From Anaerolineales bacterium (lineage in GTDB: Bacteria > Chloroflexota > Anaerolineae > Anaerolineales > Villigracilaceae), in contig JBGANO010000015.1 in the NCBI GenBank assembly GCA_044222305.1, positions 1-15,300 of the forward strand: DNA of 15,300 nt, in the 5' to 3' direction. The stretch's first letter is position 1. Every line of letters begins with the position of its first letter. The notes below the pieces were generated by a model, which was not told the DNA's origin, did no database searches, and saw nothing but the letters and a program-made list of their open reading frames with translations. Positions 1 to 5,749 of this stretch are shown here, one piece after another. Made by a program: the position numbers and the translations under genes.

Positions 1-696
1 AGAGTTTGCGACGTGTTCGCTAATCCTGTATTACCTTTCTTGGTGAAATCCTAAAATGTTTCCTGATTCTGCACTAGCTGTTCAAATTTTATCCCTCAAA
101 GGCAGAGAACGATTACATACGGTTGGAATGGAAATAAATTTGTTGAAATAACGAATGAGTTCGAACCTCCAGAATATCGCTTTCAGGCAGTTCAAGATGC
201 GGATGCCGCAGTCATTATTGGAAAATACGAAAAGGCGATTCAGTTGTATGATGAAGCAATCACAAGTGGAGAATTGAAATGGTGGTCGCCCGAAAGATTA
301 ATATATGAACAGCACATTGCAAATCCTGTTTATATGTTCAAAGCTACCCCTTCAATAGTTCCTACAGAAAACGCATCCGAATACCCTCGCCTCGCCGCGT
401 ATGCCTACTACCGCATCATGCTCCTCCACTTCGCGCAGGGAAATCAATCAGAAGCCCTCACAACCTACAACACCCTGCTAGAAACTTTTGGCAATGACCC
501 ATACGCTCGTCCCTACGTTGAAATGGCAACCACGTTTTGGGAGGCGTACCAATCCACACATAAAATGTATGATAGTTGCGCGGCGGCGATCCAGTACGCG
601 GTGGAACATCCCGAAATTTTGATTCCGCTGGGGAGCGATTATCATGGGGCGCAGAGTCATATCTATGTGCCTGAGGATGTGTGTCCGTTTAGGTAA
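1..696 (+). pseudogene. Decayed copy A of the tandem lipoprotein family. Only the C-terminal TPR-like part is intact, and the copy is truncated by the window edge.
   Basis: Frame 1 from about nt 67 to TAA 694-696 reads ..IPQRQRTITYGWNGNKFVEITNEFEPPEYRFQAVQDADA.. and is homologous to copies B and C. The last 318 nt are about 95% identical to 1864-2181 by hand count. Every + frame has a stop within nt 1-70: frame 1 TAA 52-54 and TGA 64-66, frame 2 TGA 44-46, frame 3 TAA 21-23. There is no in-frame ATG/GTG/TTG between 67 and TTG 244, so a signal-peptide-bearing protein cannot be read through. Confidence 0.55.
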
Positions 697-990
697 GCGC
701 AAAGCCACCCGCCGACGTTTATGCCAACGATCCCAAGTTGATGCGCGTTACGCAGGAGAATTGTCATGAAAAAACTTACAACCGTTTTCCTCACCATAAT
801 TTTTCTCCTCTCCGCCTGCGGACAACCTGCGCCCATCCCTGTCATTGAAAATGCTACAGCAACTTCGTCCCCACTCCCAACAAACACATCTACTCCAACA
901 GACACACTGACCGCTTCCATTACGCCTCTGCCCACCATCCCCACCTTCACGCCGACATTCGATGCTTCGACGATTGTTACAGTCACGCCC
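379..990 (+). repeat. Conserved junction module 1 of the lipoprotein array: last 318 nt of copy A, the 69-nt spacer, and about 225 nt of the 5' end of copy B.
   Basis: Hand alignment against 1864-2475. Spacers 697-765 and 2182-2250 differ at one position. The 3' blocks show about 17 mismatches in 318 nt. The 5' blocks are identical for 60 nt and then moderately diverged. Confidence 0.8.
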
Positions 991-2181
991 GCGTTAGCCA
1001 GAACATGTCCACAAATCAACTTAGAAACAAAACTAGACACAACCCCTTTTTATGAACATCTCAAGAAGTATTCCGACGATCAAATATTCAAAGTAATTCT
1101 TGAATATCTAAATGCTGGCGGCTCTTGGGGGACACTTACTTCTGAGTTTTCAGACAGCGACCAATATGGTCGGGTCTTGGGTCAAATTAATGAGTTAGAT
1201 TTGACTAATGATGGCATAAAAGATTTTCTGGTAGAAATACCGCCCGGGTTTGGAATCTATTCCTGTAAAAATGGGGTTTATGAGTTATCTCTAAATTTGA
1301 ATGGGGTTGTGGGTGAACCTGCCTCCATAACTAAAACAAAGGACATGAATCTAAATGGCATACCTGAGATTGTGGCAGGCATTACGTTTTGTTCAGGACA
1401 TTGCTTTGACATTTCGATTTTTGAATGGGATGGTCAAGAATTTCAAAACTTGCTGGGTGAATGGCAAACAATCACGTCTTCAGAAGAGAAAATCGTGGAT
1501 GTAAACAATGATGGGCTTTTTGAGTTGGTGATTGAAGGACCATTTCCAAGCATGGGAAGTTATATAGATTACATTCCTTTGCGCGGACAAAAAGATGTAT
1601 ATTTCTGGAATGGAAAAAACTATATTGTGTCTCGTTCTGAATTTTCCCCACCCGTATACCGTTTTCAGGCAATTCAGGATGGGGATGCCGAAACTTTAGA
1701 CGGCAACTTTGATAAGGCTTTGATATTCTACGAGGAAACAATCTTTAGCAAAAATCTACAATGGTGGTCAATGGATCGCAGAGAGCATGAAGTCAAACTA
1801 TATCTGGACATTTGGGATCCAGCAAAACCTACTCCGCCACCTGAACCGCCCGAAGATAAAACCGAATACCCTCGCCTCGCCGCGTATGCCTACTACCGCA
1901 TCATGCTCCTCCACTTCGCGCAAGGAAATGAATCAGAAGCCCTCACAACCTACAACACCCTGCTAGAAACATTTGGCAACGACCCATATACTCATCCCTA
2001 CGTTGAAATGGCAACCGCGTTTTGGGAGGTGTACCAATCCACACATAAAATGTACGATGGTTGCGCGGCGGCGATCCAATACGCGGTGGAACATCCCGAA
2101 ATTTTGATTCCGCTGGGGAGCGATTATCACGGGGCGCAGAGTCATACCTATGTGCCAGAGGATGTATGTCCGTTTCGGTAA
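766..2181 (+). CDS. Secreted lipoprotein, copy B: signal peptide with lipobox, Pro/Thr-rich linker, three FG-GAP/VCBS-like DxNxDG repeats, and a TPR-like helical C-terminal module.
   Basis: 471-aa ORF with AGGAG 7 nt upstream of the ATG. N-terminus MKKLTTVFLTIIFLLSAC has lipobox LSAC with Cys18. PT-rich linker (TSSPLPTNTSTPTDT..PTIPTFTPT). Repeats DLTNDGIKDFLV, DMNLNGIPEIV and DVNNDGLFELV, each followed by W(D/N)G. C-terminal EYPRLAAYAYYRIMLLHFAQGNESEAL.. helical repeats. Confidence 0.85.
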   Translation: MKKLTTVFLTIIFLLSACGQPAPIPVIENATATSSPLPTNTSTPTDTLTASITPLPTIPTFTPTFDASTIVTVTPALARTCPQINLETKLDTTPFYEHLKKYSDDQIFKVILEYLNAGGSWGTLTSEFSDSDQYGRVLGQINELDLTNDGIKDFLVEIPPGFGIYSCKNGVYELSLNLNGVVGEPASITKTKDMNLNGIPEIVAGITFCSGHCFDISIFEWDGQEFQNLLGEWQTITSSEEKIVDVNNDGLFELVIEGPFPSMGSYIDYIPLRGQKDVYFWNGKNYIVSRSEFSPPVYRFQAIQDGDAETLDGNFDKALIFYEETIFSKNLQWWSMDRREHEVKLYLDIWDPAKPTPPPEPPEDKTEYPRLAAYAYYRIMLLHFAQGNESEALTTYNTLLETFGNDPYTHPYVEMATAFWEVYQSTHKMYDGCAAAIQYAVEHPEILIPLGSDYHGAQSHTYVPEDVCPFR

Positions 2182-2475
2182 GTGCAAAGCCACCCGCCGA
2201 CGTTTATGCCAACGATCCCAAGTTGATGCGCGTTACGCAGGAGAATTGTCATGAAAAAACTTACAACCGTTTTCCTCACCATAATTTTTCTCCTCTCCGC
2301 CTGCGGACAATCTTCACCCGTCCCTGTCATTGAAAATGCTACGTCAACCCCGTCCCCGCTCGCAGCAAACACATCTTCGCCAACCCACACACCGACCGCG
2401 TCCATCACGCTCCTGCCCACCATCCCCACTTTCACACCGACATTCGATGTTTCGACGATTGTCACGGTCACGCCT
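1864..2475 (+). repeat. Conserved junction module 2 of the lipoprotein array: 3' end of copy B, spacer, and 5' end of copy C.
   Basis: Same alignment as for 379-990. The period between modules is 1485 bp. Confidence 0.8.
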
Positions 2476-3696
2476 GCGCCGAAGGCGGAGTGTCCGAAAC
2501 CAATTGGTTATCCTGAGAAGGATTTCAATTTAGTTGAATTCAAAGAGAACGGCAATTATCAAAATGGACAAGAGGCAGTTTTATCCTTTCTTAATAAGTA
2601 TGGGGCTGAAGTTTTTGTAGGCTATGAAAGAAATGCGAGAGCAAGTGCAGAAGAAGAAATAGCTTTTCGAGATCTCACCAATGATGGAGCGCCCGAATTA
2701 GCCGTGAGACTGGCTGTTTCTATTGCGTCGACCTCTTTCGAAATCTTTGGTTGTAGAGATGGTGAATATCAAGTGTTACTATCCATTCCTTCGAATAGTT
2801 TGGGCTATGCTCCAATTCTTTTCTCAATTGAAGATAATAATAAAAACGGAATCCCTGAACTCACCATATTAGCAGGTTACTTATCTCAAGGAGGACATTC
2901 TTATGTAGCCTACGAATGGGATGGACAAAAATTCGCAAACATACTTTCTCCTTTTTATCAACATGACCCCGATTCGAAATATTTATGGGCGGAGGCAACT
3001 GGAGAAATTCATTATGATGATATTGACAACGATTTTCTTAATGAGTTGATTTTAGATAGCGGGGTTCCCGTTTGGGAAACTTATTGGTCAGGGCTGCCAT
3101 GGCGAAATAAAAGAACTTATTACAAATGGAATGGTCAAAACTATGCTCCTTATAAAATTGAGTTCGCTCAACCTGAATTTAGATTTCAAGCGGTACAAGA
3201 CGGGGATTTAGCTTTTTCTCAACAAGAATATGACAAGGCATTAAGCTTGTATCAAGATGGAATATTTAGTGACGGGCTAAAGGGTTATTCGCCAGAAATT
3301 CGTGACAACCTTCGAGCACAATGGGATGCTGGATACGGAACCAATCCAACTCCAACGCCATATCCTATTGCAGTAGATGAATATCCAAAATTAGCCGCGT
3401 ATGCTTACTACCGCATCATGCTCCTCCATTTCGCGCAGGGAAATGAATCAGAAGCAACCGCAACTTACAAAACCCTGCAAGCAACATTTGGCAAAGACTC
3501 ATACGCTCATCCCTACGTCGAATTGGCAACCGCGTTTTGGGAGGCATATCAATCCACACATAAAATGTACGATGGCTGTGCGGTGGCGATCCAGTACGCA
3601 GTGGAACATCCCGAAATTTTGATTCCGCTGGGGAGCGATTATCATGGGGCGCAGAGTCATATCTATGTGCCTGAGGATGTGTGTCCGTTTAGGTAA
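2251..3696 (+). CDS. Secreted lipoprotein, copy C, with the same architecture as copy B but a diverged core.
   Basis: 481-aa ORF. The first 60 nt are identical to copy B, and the upstream 69-nt spacer (same AGGAG) differs from it at one position. Repeats DLTNDGAPELAV, DNNKNGIPELT and DIDNDFLNELIL. The C-terminal 106 codons are highly similar to copies A and B. Confidence 0.85.
   Translation: MKKLTTVFLTIIFLLSACGQSSPVPVIENATSTPSPLAANTSSPTHTPTASITLLPTIPTFTPTFDVSTIVTVTPAPKAECPKPIGYPEKDFNLVEFKENGNYQNGQEAVLSFLNKYGAEVFVGYERNARASAEEEIAFRDLTNDGAPELAVRLAVSIASTSFEIFGCRDGEYQVLLSIPSNSLGYAPILFSIEDNNKNGIPELTILAGYLSQGGHSYVAYEWDGQKFANILSPFYQHDPDSKYLWAEATGEIHYDDIDNDFLNELILDSGVPVWETYWSGLPWRNKRTYYKWNGQNYAPYKIEFAQPEFRFQAVQDGDLAFSQQEYDKALSLYQDGIFSDGLKGYSPEIRDNLRAQWDAGYGTNPTPTPYPIAVDEYPKLAAYAYYRIMLLHFAQGNESEATATYKTLQATFGKDSYAHPYVELATAFWEAYQSTHKMYDGCAVAIQYAVEHPEILIPLGSDYHGAQSHIYVPEDVCPFR
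3379..3696 (+). repeat. Terminal half-module: the conserved 3' 318 nt of copy C, with no following spacer or 5' module.
   Basis: The last ~97 nt (from GTGGAACATCCCG to the stop) are identical to copy A, whereas copy B has 6 differences there by hand count. Downstream sequence is unrelated to the 69-nt spacer. Confidence 0.75.
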
Positions 3697-3714
3697 CGCC
3701 AAAATACTGCATAA

Positions 3715-3730
3715 AGATATAATCATATCT
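3715..3730. promoter_or_regulatory. Candidate operator/-10 region: a 16-nt palindrome AGATAT-AATC-ATATCT overlapping a TATAAT hexamer (3718-3723).
   Basis: Perfect 6-bp inverted arms sit 21 nt upstream of the antitoxin start. AbrB/MazE-type antitoxins commonly autoregulate at palindromes overlapping their promoter. No good -35 was seen. Confidence 0.3.
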
Positions 3731-3750
3731 ACCGATGTTCAACAGGAGAC

Positions 3751-3963
3751 ATGATGAAGCCAATCACTGTTTCGCCTAGATTTCAAATAGTTCTTCCAAA
3801 GAAAGTGCGAGAACAGATGCGGATTAGGGCGGGGCAGAAATTGCACGTTATCGCTTATGACAATATCCTCACTTTAATTCCTGTCCGCCCGATACAAGAA
3901 GCGCGCGGCTCGCTTAAAAACATCAAGACGGACGTTGTGCGCGACGATGTGGACCGTGTTTGA
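3751..3963 (+). CDS. AbrB/SpoVT/MazE-type (VapB-like) antitoxin or DNA-binding protein.
   Basis: 70-aa ORF. The N-terminus KPITVSPRFQIVLPKKVREQMRIRAGQKLHV matches the swapped-hairpin AbrB/SpoVT motif (..vtIPkeiReklgi..Gd.l.). AGGAG lies at 3744-3748, so the second ATG at 3754 has the better spacing. Confidence 0.8.
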   Translation: MMKPITVSPRFQIVLPKKVREQMRIRAGQKLHVIAYDNILTLIPVRPIQEARGSLKNIKTDVVRDDVDRV

Positions 3964-4012
3964 CACTTTCCATCATCTTTCTTCTTTCATCCTTCATCAT
4001 TCATCCTTCATA
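3964..4012 (+). repeat. Degenerate heptamer array x7 (consensus NTTCATC), ending 1 nt before the ATG at 4014.
   Basis: cactttc catcatc tttcttc tttcatc cttcatc attcatc cttcata. It contains TTCATCCTTCAT twice (3986-3997 and 4000-4011). Confidence 0.7.
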
Positions 4013-4013
4013 A

Positions 4014-5636
4014 ATGATCTACGATTTCATCATCATCGGCTCAGGCTTCGGGGGAAGTGTCTCCGCCATGCGCCTCACCGAAAAAGGCTATTCCGTTCTC
4101 GTTCTTGAAAAAGGCAAACGCTACGACGATAAAGATTTTGCCAGGACCAACTGGCAATTCTGGAAATATCTCTGGCTCCCCGCCATCCGTGCGCATGGAA
4201 TTTTGCAGGTCAGCATTCTCAAAGGCGCGATGATCCTTCACGGGGCGGGCGTCGGCGGCGGCAGTTTGGGATACGCCAACGTGCTCGAAGTTCCAAGCGA
4301 CGAAACGTTTGGGACTCCCGCGTGGAATCAAACTGTGAAATGGGGTGATGCGTTGCGTCCGCACTACGAGACAGTGCGGCGGATGCTCGGCGTGACGCGC
4401 AATCCCAAACTCTGGAAAGCGGATGAAGTCCTCAAACAAATTGCGGATGAACGCGGCATGGGGCACACTTTCCGCGCGACGGATGTCGGTTCATTCTTCG
4501 GGGAGGCTGGGGTCACCGTCCCTGATCCATTTTTCGGCGGCGACGGACCCGCCCGCGCAGGGTGCATCCATTGCGGCGGGTGCATGGTGGGATGTCGTCA
4601 CAACGCGAAGAACACACTCCCGAAGAATTATTTGTATTTCGCGGAGAAGAATGGGGCAAAAGTAATTTCAGAATCAGAAGTGACCGACGTTCGACCTTTG
4701 ACCTTTGACAATGAAGAGTCGAAAGTCGAAGGTCAAAGGTCGGATGCTCGTTACAAAATTACGTATCAATCATCAACATCGCTGTTCAAACGCAAACACA
4801 CGGTCTATGCAAAGAATGTAATTTTCTCCGCTGGCGTGATGGGGACGATGAAATTGTTGCTCAACTTGCGCGATGTGAAAAAGTCATTGCCGAATCTTTC
4901 GCCGCGACTTGGCGACATGGTGCGCACAAACTCCGAAGCATTGCTCGGCTCGATCGCCCGCGGATCGGATGTGGACTTTTCACAAGGCGTTTCGATCTCA
5001 TCCATTATGAACGCGGACGAAGTGACGCGCGTCGAACCTGTCCGCTACCCAAATGGATCGTCGCTGATGCGTTTTCTCGGCGCTCCGCTCGTCTCCGATG
5101 TGACGAATGTCCCCGCCCGCATCGTCCGCTCTCTCACGTGGATTCTTCGCCATCCGATAGACTACCTCCGCGCGATGATCTTCCCCAACTGGGCGCACAA
5201 CGTGACCATCCTGCTCGTCATGCAACACGTAGACAATCACATGAAATTCCGCATCGGACGCAGTCCGCTCACGCTCTTCCGTCGCGGCTTGGTCGCGCAA
5301 CCCGACGCGGATCACCAAATCCACGCGCGGGTGGATGCGGGTCACGATGTGACACGTGAGTTTGCAAAGCGCATCAACGGCGCGGCGCTCGGCTCCATCA
5401 CCGAGAACGCGTTCAACCTCCCCACCACTGCCCACATCCTCGGTGGCGCGCCGATGGGACAAAACGCCGAAGAAGGTGTTGTGGACGAAAATTTCCAAAT
5501 CCACAACTACGAAGGTATGTACATCATAGACGGCTCGATCATGCCCGCGAATCCTGGCGTCAACCCGTCGCTGACCATCACCGCGCTGGCAGAATATGCG
5601 ATGAGTAAGGTGGGGAGTAAACAGGGAAACATGTAG
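4014..5636 (+). CDS. GMC-family FAD-dependent oxidoreductase (cholesterol-oxidase-like).
   Basis: 540-aa ORF. N-terminal Rossmann motif DFIIIGSGFGGSVSAMRLTEKGYSVLVLEKG. Cys-rich CIHCGGCMVGC segment typical of this subgroup. C-terminal GMC signature GMYIIDGSIMPANPGVNPSLTITALAE. Confidence 0.88.
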   Translation: MIYDFIIIGSGFGGSVSAMRLTEKGYSVLVLEKGKRYDDKDFARTNWQFWKYLWLPAIRAHGILQVSILKGAMILHGAGVGGGSLGYANVLEVPSDETFGTPAWNQTVKWGDALRPHYETVRRMLGVTRNPKLWKADEVLKQIADERGMGHTFRATDVGSFFGEAGVTVPDPFFGGDGPARAGCIHCGGCMVGCRHNAKNTLPKNYLYFAEKNGAKVISESEVTDVRPLTFDNEESKVEGQRSDARYKITYQSSTSLFKRKHTVYAKNVIFSAGVMGTMKLLLNLRDVKKSLPNLSPRLGDMVRTNSEALLGSIARGSDVDFSQGVSISSIMNADEVTRVEPVRYPNGSSLMRFLGAPLVSDVTNVPARIVRSLTWILRHPIDYLRAMIFPNWAHNVTILLVMQHVDNHMKFRIGRSPLTLFRRGLVAQPDADHQIHARVDAGHDVTREFAKRINGAALGSITENAFNLPTTAHILGGAPMGQNAEEGVVDENFQIHNYEGMYIIDGSIMPANPGVNPSLTITALAEYAMSKVGSKQGNM

Positions 5637-5742
5637 ACAGGTAAACAGGGAAACACGTAGACACGGAAACACGTAACTCGTAACTTGTATCTCGTATCTT
5701 TCCTCTTTCATCTTTCATAATTCATCCTTCATCCTTTACAAT
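5617..5742 (+). repeat. Continuous short-period array: 7 octamers (G[TG]A[AG]ACAN, 5617-5672) followed by 10 drifting heptamers (5673-5742).
   Basis: gtaaacag ggaaacat gtagacag gtaaacag ggaaacac gtagacac ggaaacac | gtaactc gtaactt gtatctc gtatctt tcctctt tcatctt tcataat tcatcct tcatcct ttacaat. It starts inside the GMC CDS (stop TAG 5634-5636) and ends 7 nt before the ATG at 5750. Confidence 0.8.
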
Positions 5743-5749
5743 AAACACC

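Noticed and set aside
478-708. 76-aa minus-strand ORFs recurring at 478-708, 1963-2193 and 3499-3726 (MALRLPKRTHILRHI..), which looks like a conserved small gene family.
   Set aside because: They are antisense shadows of the conserved 3' module of the lipoprotein genes. Their conservation is fully explained by the sense-strand repeat, and they have no SD and an Arg/His-rich composition.
663-2471. Minus-strand ORFs 663-1040 and 2148-2471 (125 and 107 aa, Gly/Val-rich).
   Set aside because: They lie antisense to the Pro/Thr-rich linker coding region (the complement of ACN/CCN codons gives Gly/Val). They overlap well-supported + strand CDSs.
1-3696. Diversity-generating retroelement or shufflon as the source of core variability in the lipoprotein array.
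   Set aside because: There is no reverse transcriptase, template repeat, invertase or inverted repeats in the window. All copies are co-oriented, and divergence spans the whole core rather than adenine-specific sites in a short variable region.
4998-5711. 237-aa minus-strand ORF and other long antisense or out-of-frame ORFs (4041-4466 -, 10697-11377 +, 12391-13137 +, 13470-14042 -, 13796-14764 -).
   Set aside because: Each lies entirely within, and antisense to or out of frame with, a CDS that has clear family motifs. They are Arg/His/Gly-rich with no recognisable domains, which is typical of GC-rich shadow ORFs.
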